A stretch of 64,000 nt of DNA, taken from assembly GCA_963708075.1 (NCBI GenBank), contig OY970194.1, positions 3,872,001 through 3,936,000 on the forward strand. Reading direction: 5' to 3'. Shown here piece by piece: positions 29,561 to 39,872 of this stretch; the stretch's first letter is position 1; each line of letters starts with the position of its first letter. This DNA comes from Sedimentisphaerales bacterium (GTDB taxonomy: Bacteria > Planctomycetota > Phycisphaerae > Sedimentisphaerales > Anaerobacaceae). The position numbers and the translations under genes are program-made. The notes below the pieces were generated by a model. It saw only the letters and a program-made list of their open reading frames with translations. It searched no databases and was not told the DNA's origin.

Positions 29561-32375
29561 TTTTTGTCCTTTCGTCTGGTCTTCATCGTCGCCTTTTGAC
29601 CTTTGGCTTTGCCTTCGTTCGCCTGCTCAAAGGCGCGGTCGAGCTCCGGGGGCCGGGCACCTTTGAACTGATCCAATACTCCCTGAAGCCGCTTCGCCGC
29701 TGTCACGGCTTCACCATCGAGCGATGCCACTGCGAGCGGCTGTTTCTCCTCCACATCCTTGCGGAGGTCGAAGAATTCGCCGGAGCGGTAGAGCTTGTAA
29801 TGCTGATTGAAAGCAAACTCCCTGACGGTCATGTCGGCAGATTGGCGAGGCGAATACCATGAGTAGATCCAGTCGCGCGGCTGTCCTTCCGCGCCGAGGA
29901 GTTGTGGGAGAAACGTGCGGCCGTCCAACATCAGACTGGACTGTGCCGTCACACCTGCGGCATCGAGGAGGGTTGGCAGGAAGTCCGTGCTATCCACAAG
30001 GTCGGAGCAGATATTTCCGGCCGCAATCTTCCCGGGCCAGTTCACAATGAGCGGCACGTGCATCCCTGCGACAGTAGTTTGCCCCTTGCCACCAACGACC
30101 AGCTTGTCTCCCATCATCGAGCGCGTGCCCCGGCCCGTGCCATTGTCGCCGACAAAGAGAAGAAGCGTATTGTCGCGGATGCCAAGCGAATCGAGCCGTG
30201 CGACCAGTTTGCCGACGAGCTTGTCCATGTACGCGACCATGTCGGCAAAGTGTTCCGCCTTTGCGTTTACCTGCTCGCCCTGTGCCTTCGGGTCCCAGTC
30301 CTTACTATCAGGCGTCGGCTGGTAAGGAGCGTGCGTCAGCATCATGGGGTAGTAGAGGAAGAACGGGCCGTCTTTCTTGCGCGTGATGAAATCGAGCGCG
30401 TAGTCGTTCACGAGATCGGGCCCGTATTCGCCGTTGGCGTAGTCCTTCTCAACCCCGTTGATTTCGAGACCCGGGTTCGCGTAACGCGGCGGACGGCGGG
30501 TGTGCTGCCAGAGGCAGTACTCGTCGAATCCGAACTTCTTCGGCAACCCGACCTCCCGGCCCAGTTGCCATTTGCCCGCGATGCACGTCGCGTAACCGGC
30601 TTGCCTGAGCAGATTGCCAAAAGTGACCGCCGTGCGGATCCATGTTCCCGAAGTTGATGTAGTTCCTCACATTGTAGCGGCCAGTCATTATTTGCACGCG
30701 GGTCGGCGTGCAGAGCGGCTGCACGAAACAGTGCGTGAAGCGCATCCCGGTTGCGGTCAGCTTGTCGAGCTGGGGCGTCTTGTAGCTGGTGCCGCCGTCA
30801 GCGCCGATGGTCTCATAGCCAAGGTCGTCGGCCATAATGAGGATGATGTTTGGCTGGCCGGCGGCCTGCCTGGGGCCAGATTCCGATTTCGGTTCAAAGC
30901 CCGGCCGTACCTTGCCATCTTGTCCGATGAGTGGCTGAGCGTCCGCCACTTTGCCGAGGGGACGGCAGCCCGGTCCGAAGCCGCCGACGCCGAGGTCGTC
31001 CTTCATCCTTGTCACGAGCTTCTTCCAGCCGTGCAACGATTTCTGGATGCCGTGCGGCGACATCAGTGCTCTCGCCAACGTCCGACTTGAGATTGAACAG
31101 AAGAGCGGCAGTCCTTGCTTTCGCGCCCCCTCTGGCTTTCGCCTTGCCGGCGGCAGCGACGGGCAGCACGAGCTTCCATTCCCCATCGCGGACGGCTTCG
31201 AGCTCAAGACCCCGGAAATAATAGAAGACCTCGTGAGGACCAGGTTTGCCGGGGTCATCCATAAAGACGGAGCGAATGTCCGCGCCGTCGATCTTCCGGT
31301 CGGCGGGAACTGTGGCGCCGGCGAGGCCCGCGAACGTGGGCAGGATATCGAACATGCCGCAGATGGCATCGCTGGATGTCCCCGCAGGGATTCTGCCCGG
31401 CCACCAGGCGATGGCTGGAACGCGCACCCCGCCTTCCCAGGTCGAGCCTTTATTGCCCCGCAGCGGACGGTTGACGGCCCTGGGTGTGCCGCCGTTGTCG
31501 CTCACGAAAACAACGAGCGTCTTTTCCGCTATGCCGTGTGTCCGTAGAGCGTTGAGCACTTCGCCCACGCTCCAGTCCATTTCCTCGACCCAATCCCCGT
31601 AGAGGCCGTTGGCCGATTTGCCACGGAACCTTTCGCCCGGATACAGCGGAAAATGCACTGCGTTGTGCGCGAGGTAGAGGAAGAAGTGTTTGTCCTTGTG
31701 TGCCTGGATGAATCGCAACGCCTCCTCGGTGTATCGAGTGACCAGTTGGGTCTGGTCCGACGCGAGGACCCGCTGGATGACTGTCTCCCCCCGCATCAAC
31801 GGCAGCGGCGGCTGCGGGTTCTTTGGCGAGACTGGCAACGGATCGCCGAAGTTGCTCTTGACGCCATCGGCCGCGGGGCCCATGTCATTGGAGTAGGGAA
31901 GACCGAACCATTCGTCGAATCCCTGACGCGTGGGTAAAAACTCCGGTTGATCGCCGAGATGCCATTTGCCCACGATGCCCGTGACATAGCCGGCCGACTT
32001 GAGCAACTCCGCTATGGTAACCTCGGAGGGGGCAAGGCCAATGTCATTGCCGGGAAAGAGCACGTGGGGGATCGGCAGTGCGCGTTTCGGATAGCAGCCG
32101 GTCATCAGCGCCGCCCGTGACGGCGAACATACCGGCGCCGCGTAGAACGTGGTGAGCCGCCGTCCCTCCGCCGCCATTCGATCCAGATTTGGCGTGTGGT
32201 TCAGCGTGGATCCAAACGGCCCGATGTCCCCATAGCCAAGGTCGTCGATGTTGATGAGGACCAGGTTGGGCCGGTTCGTAGTGACACCGTAAGACGTTTC
32301 TTTCGATGCCCTTACGGGCACACTACAAGCAGCCGGAAGCAAAACCATAAGGGCAAGAAGGATCGTTCGTTTCAT
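29557..32375 (-). CDS. Tandem double-domain sulfatase; two frameshifts (near 31023 and 30633)
   Basis: Domain 1 has [17 protein letters not shown] (ORF 30894-32417). The linker and domain 2 start [17 protein letters not shown] lie in ORF 30449-31369, and domain 2 continues [13 protein letters not shown] into ORF 29557-30546. Confidence 0.8.
32274..32300. repeat. Degenerate GTAG-type REP-like element in frame in the sulfatase N-terminus (ETSYGVTTN)
   Basis: GTTCGTAGTGACACCGTAAGACGTTTC: GTAG followed by an imperfect hairpin, between signal peptide and catalytic domain. Confidence 0.45.
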
Positions 32376-32480
32376 GTTCCACGACTCCAGAAGCGCCAGT
32401 GTCGCGAATGCGAACACAGTTCATGTCACAATTATAACCTTCTCCACCCGTTTGAAGCAGACAGTACACACCATGGAGAA

Positions 32481-33785
32481 TCATTGCTTTTGACGCACGT
32501 AGAACGGCACGTTTGCATATCCCGCGTGCCCCTTCCCGTCGCGGACCTGTACGAAGAGGCGGTATGCACCTTCCTCCTTCGGCGACGTGAAGTGAATCTG
32601 GGCACCGTCATCTTCCTGAATAAGCCCCGGTATGGGAGCGGCCGGTTTTTCTCCTCCGCCGGCATAAGAGTCCCTGGGAATCACGACTTCCGCCCGAATA
32701 TCCCATTGGAATACCAGCGGGTCGTAGTCACTATCATAGCCTGCGACCCTTGCCCCATGCGGCTGGGCCGGTTGGAGATAGACTCGTGTCTCATCGGGGA
32801 ACCCGACAATGTCCAGCGTCAGAACCGCCGGGGCACGGTTCTGCGGCCATGCCCCGCTCCAGAGATAAGCCATGACATCGATTGACTCCGTGGCAAGGCC
32901 GTCCTGGAAAAGCCCGTACCATGTATGTGTCGTCTCCTGCTTCTGACCCCACAGGAACACGTACGAGCCCAGGCAGCGGCCCTTGTCGGCCCGGATGACC
33001 TTCGTATACCGATCATAAATGGCGCGGGCCTTTTCCGTGCTGGTCTCCTCGATGGGTACCCGCCACTCCGTTCTCCGGACCTGCCAGTGCCCCGTGGGCC
33101 CCCACTCAGCGATCACGTATGGCTTGGGCCAGTACTTCCGTGTCAGTTCCGTCACCTCTCCCAGATCGCCATAGGCGTTAATGCCCAGCAAGTCCACATC
33201 TGCACACTGCTCTGCAATCTCCTGGATCTTCTTCTCGTATTCCCCCGTGCCGACCACCGTCATGACCGGATGGTGCGGATCGATGGCGTGAATCTCCTTC
33301 GCTATCTTGTTGAGGCGTTGCCAGAGCCTGGGGTTGTGCGGAACTCCCGGCGGGATCCAATCGAGTTCATTGCCGATCGCCCAGAACATCACCGCCGGGT
33401 GGTCCTTCAATTCGCGGACAACCTGAAGCACTCGCTGCTCCTGGTCCGCCACCATCTTCTCATCATCCCAGTCCATCCTGTTCCGCTCGCCGCGGACGGG
33501 CAGATTGACCATCGCTGTCAGACCCGCCTCCTGAACCCGGTCGAGACTCGCTTTATTCGCACCGGTCCGAACCGAATTGGCGCCACACCGGCGGAGCAGA
33601 TCGTAGGACTCCCACCCCACGGCCCCTTTGACATAGAACGGCTGGCCGGCCCTCAGCAGTTGCCAAGTCCCATCTCGCTCAACAATCTCATACCTGGCGT
33701 TGCCCCGCTCATCACCAAAGGCCACTTGTATGATGATCCCGGCAGTAAGGATCGATAGTACAGCGAGTCTTTTCGTATCCATCAT
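32481..33785 (-). CDS. Glycoside hydrolase family 2-like TIM-barrel protein
   Basis: Signal peptide, GANSVRT, KDHPAVMFWAIGNE (acid/base), VIAEWGP (nucleophile), GAGGAG RBS. Confidence 0.8.
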   Translation of the reverse strand: MMDTKRLAVLSILTAGIIIQVAFGDERGNARYEIVERDGTWQLLRAGQPFYVKGAVGWESYDLLRRCGANSVRTGANKASLDRVQEAGLTAMVNLPVRGERNRMDWDDEKMVADQEQRVLQVVRELKDHPAVMFWAIGNELDWIPPGVPHNPRLWQRLNKIAKEIHAIDPHHPVMTVVGTGEYEKKIQEIAEQCADVDLLGINAYGDLGEVTELTRKYWPKPYVIAEWGPTGHWQVRRTEWRVPIEETSTEKARAIYDRYTKVIRADKGRCLGSYVFLWGQKQETTHTWYGLFQDGLATESIDVMAYLWSGAWPQNRAPAVLTLDIVGFPDETRVYLQPAQPHGARVAGYDSDYDPLVFQWDIRAEVVIPRDSYAGGGEKPAAPIPGLIQEDDGAQIHFTSPKEEGAYRLFVQVRDGKGHAGYANVPFYVRQKQ

Positions 33786-33911
33786 TGTCATCTCCTCAGC
33801 ACTCATCCGAGTGGATGAATCGAGTCCCCATCCTATCGGACAGAGACCACACACGCAAGGATTGAGTGACTCGCCAGAACCCTTGGGGAAGAGACCACGT
33901 GACAGGAAGCC

Positions 33912-33941
33912 TTGCAGACGGAGCATACGCCATGATAGAAT
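33912..33941 (+). promoter_or_regulatory. Possible sigma70 promoter (extended -10)
   Basis: TTGCAG-18 bp-TAGAAT with TGn, upstream of the sulfatase at 34030. Confidence 0.4.
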
Positions 33942-34029
33942 CAGGTATGGACTCAAGATAGCCGCCACCACCCCTTGCGCCGGCGTCGGTGGCGGCGAGG
34001 GTGACAGCGGCGGCGCGAAAGGGCAGGAT

Positions 34030-35466
34030 ATGAGACTCCAGGCTCCGAACCTCAACCGCACGCGTCATGCATTGACCACTGGCTACTGGCTGCCGGCGAT
34101 TCTCTTGAGCTTTCAGATTTGTTCTTTGAGCCCGGCGGCGTCACCGCGTCCCAACATCCTCTTTATCGTCGGTGATGACATGGGCTATGCGGACGTGGGA
34201 TTTCACGGGTGCAAGGATATCCCCACGCCGAACCTGGATGCGCTCGCCGCGTCGGGCGTGCGCTTCACCAGCGGCTACGTCTCCGGGCCATACTGCTCGC
34301 CCACACGGGCCGGGCTGCTGACGGGCCGCTACCAGACCCGGTTCGGACACGAGTTCAACCCGGGCGGAGGCAGCAGCGGCCTGCCGCTCACCGAGCGGAC
34401 GATTGCCGACCGCCTTAAGGCCGCCGGCTACGTCACGGGTCTGGTGGGCAAATGGCACCTGGGTGCCCAGCCACAGTTCCACCCGCAGAAACGCGGATTT
34501 GATGAGTTCTACGGTTTCCTCGGCGGCGCCCACGATTACTTCAAATCAGCCGGTATCCTGCGCGGCACCGAGCCGGTGACAGAACTCGACTACACAACCG
34601 ATGCCTTTGGGCGCGAAGCCGTGGCATTCATCGAGCGGCATAAGGGTGAGCCGTGGTTTCTCTATCTCGCGTTCAACGCCGTCCACACCCCCATGCAAGG
34701 CACTGATGAACGGCTGGCGAAGTTTCCGAACGAGGCCGATGACAAGCGGCGCACATACGATGCGATGATGCTGGCTATGGATGAGGCCATTGGTCGCGTG
34801 AGGAAGAAGCTCGCGGAGACCGGCCTCGAACAGAACACGCTCGTCTGCTTTATCAGCGATAACGGCGGACCGACCATGCCCGGCACAACAATCAATGCCT
34901 CGCGCAACAACCCGTTCCGGGGCTCCAAGCGCACCACGCTCGAAGGCGGCATCCACGTACCATTCATCGTATCGTGGCCCAGCCATGTGAAGCCCGGCGT
35001 ATTTGCGCAGCCGGCCATCCAGTTGGACCTCACCGCCACCGCACTGGCCGCGGCGGGTGTGCAAGTTGACCAGGACCCCAGACTTGAAGGCGTGAATCTG
35101 CTGCCTTTCCTGGCGGGCGAGAAAACCGGCACACCGCACGATGCGCTCTACTGGCGTTTCGGCCAGCAGATGGCCATCCGCCTCGGCGACTACAAGCTCG
35201 TCCGCTACGACAGCAATGCCGATACGCTCACCGGCGCACGCAACCAGCCGGTGACCGCTGCCAAGCTCTACAACCTCGCTACTGACATCGGCGAAACCAA
35301 AGACCTTGCCGCCGAGATGCCGGATAAGGTGAAGGAGCTTCAGTCCAGATGGGACGCGTGGAACGTTGCGAACATTAAGCCGCTCTGGGGTGGCGGCCAG
35401 ACGGACAACGACGGCGCCGAGCCTGGCGCCCCTCTGCCGAAGAAGGGGAAAGGGGCCAAGAGGTAA
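34030..35466 (+). CDS. Sulfatase (GalNAc-6-sulfatase/arylsulfatase-like, Cys-type)
   Basis: PNILFIVGDDMG, CSPTR, GKWHLG, NAVHTP, SDNGG. The ORF-track extension to 33700 overlaps the divergent gene and was trimmed. Confidence 0.93.
   Translation: MRLQAPNLNRTRHALTTGYWLPAILLSFQICSLSPAASPRPNILFIVGDDMGYADVGFHGCKDIPTPNLDALAASGVRFTSGYVSGPYCSPTRAGLLTGRYQTRFGHEFNPGGGSSGLPLTERTIADRLKAAGYVTGLVGKWHLGAQPQFHPQKRGFDEFYGFLGGAHDYFKSAGILRGTEPVTELDYTTDAFGREAVAFIERHKGEPWFLYLAFNAVHTPMQGTDERLAKFPNEADDKRRTYDAMMLAMDEAIGRVRKKLAETGLEQNTLVCFISDNGGPTMPGTTINASRNNPFRGSKRTTLEGGIHVPFIVSWPSHVKPGVFAQPAIQLDLTATALAAAGVQVDQDPRLEGVNLLPFLAGEKTGTPHDALYWRFGQQMAIRLGDYKLVRYDSNADTLTGARNQPVTAAKLYNLATDIGETKDLAAEMPDKVKELQSRWDAWNVANIKPLWGGGQTDNDGAEPGAPLPKKGKGAKR
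34072..34099. repeat. Degenerate 7-bp tandem repeat (CTGGCTA-like) within signal-peptide coding region
   Basis: ttgacca-ctggcta-ctggctg-ccggcga encodes LTTGYWLPA. Confidence 0.4.
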
Positions 35467-35499
35467 GGGTGCGTTTGACACCAGGTGCATGTAGAGCGT

Positions 35500-37854
35500 T
35501 CAGAACCCCTGTTCCACTCTGCGCAGCATCATTCTGAAGCTCTCTCTTTCGCTTTCCGTCAAGCGCCCATTGCCACAGGCGGATCGATACACGCCGGCGG
35601 CCTCATCCAACTCTCCCTGTTCGAGAAGGATCGTACCGAGCAACGCATAAGCATCGGCGTATGGCACATTCCGACGCACCATCTCCCTGAGGACCTTCAT
35701 CGCTTCACTCGTCTCTCGCCGCTGATGGAGGTAGAAGGCATACGTGTAGCCGTACTTGCCCTCTTCGGGGTGCAACTGGTAGGCCTTCCGGCACCATCGC
35801 AGCGACTCAAATGGCCGATCCGAGGCCAGGCACACAGCGAGATTGTATGCGGCAGCCGCTGAGTTGGGATCGAGTTCCAGCGTCCTGCGAAAGGCTTGTT
35901 CCGCTTCCTTTGGGCGTTTCATCTCACCCAGAAGCATCCCAAGATTCAGATGGACGACGGGGCTGTTGGGATCGAGAGCGATGGCCCTGCGGAATGAGGC
36001 TTCCGCCTTATCATTCTCGCCCCGGGCGTTGTAGACAAACGCGATGTTCACATAGGGCGGCACGAAGTCCGGCCGCAGCGAGATCGCATGCTGATACGAG
36101 GCCAAAGCCTCTCCGTGACTCCCGCGCTGCAGGTAGAAGTTGCCGAGATTGTAGTGGGACGCATAGTCATCGGGACGGACGAGAAGCGCCGCCAGCAACT
36201 CCGTCGTGGCACGCTCTACCGCTGCCGGATGCTCGCCTGGAAGCTGCCCGACCGGGATGGCGGCCAGAGCAGCCGCGGCCCGCACGCGCACCAGAAGATA
36301 CTCGTCCGCGGTCGCCTTGGCCAATGCTCTGACGGATTCATCGGTCACGTATCCATCCAGTGCCTGGGCCGCAGCAGCGCGCACCAGTGGAGAGGAGTCC
36401 TCCCGAAGGGCTTTGATCAGGGCAGACCACTTGGCCCCGGACTCACAGCGATACAGCAAGCGGATCAACGACGCGGCGAAGATCTCATCGTGGTCCTTCG
36501 AGCCAATATATGCCAGAATATCGCCCAGCCGGCGCCAATCGCCCCGCCGGGCGGCATCCATAAGAGCCGTTCGCTCCAGGACAGGCTTCTGGTAGTCATC
36601 GCTGTGCCACTGCCTCACCTGTTGATCCGCCCATGCCGGGTCCTTGTCACCATGGCAGATGTTACACGCATTGGGGGACTTGTACTTGAGAGTAGCGGCC
36701 GGTGTTGGGGGACGCATCGAGTGGTCGCTGCGGCTCATACGGGCAAAGTCAGTCGTGGGCATGTGACAGGCGATGCACCGGTTCCCGGTGCTGTCCGCCT
36801 TGTGGTGCGTGTGCGCCGTGGCGTTCTCCACCTTCTCCTGATGACAAGGCAGGCACGCCGCGTTTGGTTTCTCATTACCCTTGAATCGATAGCGTCCGCT
36901 CGACGTGTGACAGTGCATGCAATCCAGCTTGCCGCTCTTGACGCAGGGACTCATGCGCCACGAGGTCATCGTGTAGTTCTCACCCAGGTCGCGTCCATCC
37001 GGGTAGAAGTCCGGGTGCTCCAGGGTGGTCAGATCGAAGTGATCGAAGTAGCGGTCTCCCGGCTTGAAGGAAGGACTCACAGGGCTCAGCTTGGCATGGC
37101 ACGATCCGCACATCGAGTTGGTCTGCTCAGCGGTAAAGGGCTTTGTGCGAATGATCTTGAGGTCCTGTGGTACCCGGCCCTCGGGGGCCGCTTGGCAGAC
37201 CCGAACATGTTCCTGGGCCGGACCGTGGCAGGCCTCACAGTTGATACCCGGCTCGGCCCATGTGGTGCGATACGTATCGGTCTTCAGATCGTAATTGGTG
37301 GACAATTGGCTCACATGGCATCCGTGGCACGAGGTGTTGAACGTGTACATCGGGTCCGTCCAGTGTACAGGCGCATCGCCTCCCGCGCCGGGGAAGTGTC
37401 GCACGCCGCTGGCGGCCGTATCGAACCACTTCCTGGTCCGCACGTCGTAAGCTACGGGGAGGGTCTGCAGGCGCCCGCGTTCCATCGGCGTCAGGAAGTA
37501 GTAGACGTTCTTCCCGCCCATCACATGCGCGATTGGATGCCGTTTCTCGCCGTCCGGCCCCTTTTCGAGGACCCAGCCTGCCTCCCGTCCGATGCACGCC
37601 ATGTACTCGTACCTGCCAACCTTGATCGAACCCTCCGAGGCCGTCAGATTTGCCGTCGCAAACTCGAACGTATACGGCTGCATCGCCAAGCCATGGTGCG
37701 ACGGCGCCCACAGTTGATAGAACTGCTCATGGCACTGCCGACAACTGGCCGAACCTGCCAGCGGCCCCTGCGGCGACTGAGGGCTCAGCTCCGCAGCGAC
37801 GCCGGCGGTTGCCGTCACAGTAATGATGACGAGACAGCGAATCTGTTTCTTCAT
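35500..37854 (-). CDS. Octaheme c-type cytochrome with HEAT and TPR repeats
   Basis: Eight CxxCH motifs (CRQCH, CHGCH, CEACH, CGSCH, CMHCH, CLPCH, CIACH, CNICH), LVRAAAAQAL HEAT repeats, YNLG/NLG TPR repeats, signal peptide. Confidence 0.9.
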   Translation of the reverse strand: MKKQIRCLVIITVTATAGVAAELSPQSPQGPLAGSASCRQCHEQFYQLWAPSHHGLAMQPYTFEFATANLTASEGSIKVGRYEYMACIGREAGWVLEKGPDGEKRHPIAHVMGGKNVYYFLTPMERGRLQTLPVAYDVRTRKWFDTAASGVRHFPGAGGDAPVHWTDPMYTFNTSCHGCHVSQLSTNYDLKTDTYRTTWAEPGINCEACHGPAQEHVRVCQAAPEGRVPQDLKIIRTKPFTAEQTNSMCGSCHAKLSPVSPSFKPGDRYFDHFDLTTLEHPDFYPDGRDLGENYTMTSWRMSPCVKSGKLDCMHCHTSSGRYRFKGNEKPNAACLPCHQEKVENATAHTHHKADSTGNRCIACHMPTTDFARMSRSDHSMRPPTPAATLKYKSPNACNICHGDKDPAWADQQVRQWHSDDYQKPVLERTALMDAARRGDWRRLGDILAYIGSKDHDEIFAASLIRLLYRCESGAKWSALIKALREDSSPLVRAAAAQALDGYVTDESVRALAKATADEYLLVRVRAAAALAAIPVGQLPGEHPAAVERATTELLAALLVRPDDYASHYNLGNFYLQRGSHGEALASYQHAISLRPDFVPPYVNIAFVYNARGENDKAEASFRRAIALDPNSPVVHLNLGMLLGEMKRPKEAEQAFRRTLELDPNSAAAAYNLAVCLASDRPFESLRWCRKAYQLHPEEGKYGYTYAFYLHQRRETSEAMKVLREMVRRNVPYADAYALLGTILLEQGELDEAAGVYRSACGNGRLTESERESFRMMLRRVEQGF

Positions 37855-37877
37855 GTCTTTCCTTCGCCGACGACCGG

Positions 37878-39872
37878 TTATTCCGTCACGATGCGCACGT
37901 TCTCGACTTTGCCACGCAGCGGATAGGGTGCGGCGTAGTCGCCCACGGCCGTACGAGCGTCCTGGCCGATACTGAGCTCGTCCACGGGCTGTGCGGGGAT
38001 CAAGCCGGGCGCTTGGCCATCGGCCACTTTCCGGCCATTAACGACAAGCTGCATCACACCGTCGCGATGGAGCCGCGCCGTTATCGCGAAACGATCCGAG
38101 GGCATCCCGCTTGTGGTAATGGATGCGAGTTTCCCATTGATGCGCACACCAAAGACAAGTTGGCCATCCCGCAGCCATAGGGCATAGCCCTGCTGATTGC
38201 CGCCTTGGGCCAGGATGACACCGTCGCGCGACCGGGGCTCGACTTCGCAGGTGATCGTCAGCGGCCTGTTCACAATCTGCGGGGAGGCCGACGGCTGACC
38301 ACGCACGGAGCAGCGATCCGCCCAGGCTTCCCAGGCCTTGGCAAGCCGCGCGACAAGGTCCGGCTGCGCGGCAGCTAGGTCTTTCATTTCCGTCGGGTCC
38401 GCCTCAAGATCGTAGAGTTCCCAGGGCTTGTCCTTGAGGGCGACGAGTTTCCAGCGGCCCTCACGCACAGCGCGGTTGCCCTCGTGTTCCATGAAGATCT
38501 GGCGGGAAGCCAAACGCTCCCCCTTTAACGCCGGCGCCAGGCTCACACCCTCTAACGGCAGTACCTTGCTCCCGTCACGCTCCTGCGGATAAGAGGCCCC
38601 CGCCAGTTCCAGCACGGTCGGCATGAAGTCGGTGATATGACCGGCCTCGCGCGTGATCGCGCCGGGCTTTGTCTTGAGTCCGGCGGGCCAATGCACGATG
38701 AGCGGGGTATTGATGCCGCCCTCATGGCCGTAATGTTTGTAGAGGCGAAAGGGAGTGTTGCAGGTGTTCGCCCAACCACTGCCGTAGCTGACATAGCTGT
38801 CCGGCCCACCGACTTTCTTCAGGTCCTCGCCAACGTGCAGGATGTTTTTCGGTCCGCTGGTTTCGTCGAAGCCCCAAGGGTCCCACTCCGCACACGCGCC
38901 ATTATCGCTGAGGAAGAAAATAAGAGTGTTGTCGAGTTGTCCTGCCTGTTTGATCTGTGCCACAATGCGGCCGATCGCCTGGTCCATGCGATCCACCATT
39001 GCCGCATACACGGCCATGCGCCGGGCAAGGTCCGCCCGCCGCTCGGCAGGCAGCGAGTCCCAGGCGGGATTATCCTTGTCCGCCCAGCCGGTCTGGGTGT
39101 TGAAGCGATTGGCGGGAATGTTGCTGCGAGGGGTGAGCGCCGGGTCTCCGGTGACAAGTCCAAGCTCCTTCTGGCGAGCGAAACGCTGCTCGCGAATCTT
39201 GTCCCAGCCCTGCGCATAGAGCTTCTCATATCTGGCAATATCCTGATCCCTCGCATGCAGCGGAAAGTGCGGCGCATTGAAGGTGAGGTAGAGAAACCAT
39301 GGTTGGCCGCTCTTGCGGCCGTCTTCCATGAAATCCAGGGCGTAGTCACCGAAAACATCCGTGGAGTAGAACTCGCCCGGTGCATACGCGCGCTTCGCAC
39401 GCCCTTCAGGCAGGCGGCTGTAGAAGGGGTCCTCCTTCCAGCAGGTGTTGAAGCCGCCGAGCATGCCATAGAACTCATCGAAGCCTCGCTGCGTAGGCGT
39501 GCTCTGGTGGCTCAGGTGCCACTTGCCGACCATATAGGTGCGATAGCCCGCTTGCTTGAGTGCTTCCGGGATGGTCACACAATGGGCCGGCAGCACGCCG
39601 GAGAGGTTGGGAAACCCAGCCTGGTGCGGGTGCAGACCCGTGAGGATGGACGCGCGCGTCGGACTGCAACGAGCCGAGTTGTAGAACTGCGTGAAACGCA
39701 GCCCGCCTTGTGCCAGTGAGTCCAGATTGGGCGTTTGAATCTCTCCTCCATAGCAGCCCAGGTCGGACCAGCCGAGGTCATCAGCCAGGATCAGGAGGAT
39801 GTTGGGCCGCTCGCCGGCGTGGAGTGACGCCAGCGGAGCCAACAGAATGGTGGTAAGTATCCATCGTGCCAT
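37878..39872 (-). CDS. Arylsulfatase with C-terminal LamG-like domain
   Basis: PNILLILADDLG, CSPTR, NAPHFPLH, SDNGA, C-terminal GVILAQGG...GYALWL. Confidence 0.93.
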   Translation of the reverse strand: MARWILTTILLAPLASLHAGERPNILLILADDLGWSDLGCYGGEIQTPNLDSLAQGGLRFTQFYNSARCSPTRASILTGLHPHQAGFPNLSGVLPAHCVTIPEALKQAGYRTYMVGKWHLSHQSTPTQRGFDEFYGMLGGFNTCWKEDPFYSRLPEGRAKRAYAPGEFYSTDVFGDYALDFMEDGRKSGQPWFLYLTFNAPHFPLHARDQDIARYEKLYAQGWDKIREQRFARQKELGLVTGDPALTPRSNIPANRFNTQTGWADKDNPAWDSLPAERRADLARRMAVYAAMVDRMDQAIGRIVAQIKQAGQLDNTLIFFLSDNGACAEWDPWGFDETSGPKNILHVGEDLKKVGGPDSYVSYGSGWANTCNTPFRLYKHYGHEGGINTPLIVHWPAGLKTKPGAITREAGHITDFMPTVLELAGASYPQERDGSKVLPLEGVSLAPALKGERLASRQIFMEHEGNRAVREGRWKLVALKDKPWELYDLEADPTEMKDLAAAQPDLVARLAKAWEAWADRCSVRGQPSASPQIVNRPLTITCEVEPRSRDGVILAQGGNQQGYALWLRDGQLVFGVRINGKLASITTSGMPSDRFAITARLHRDGVMQLVVNGRKVADGQAPGLIPAQPVDELSIGQDARTAVGDYAAPYPLRGKVENVRIVTE

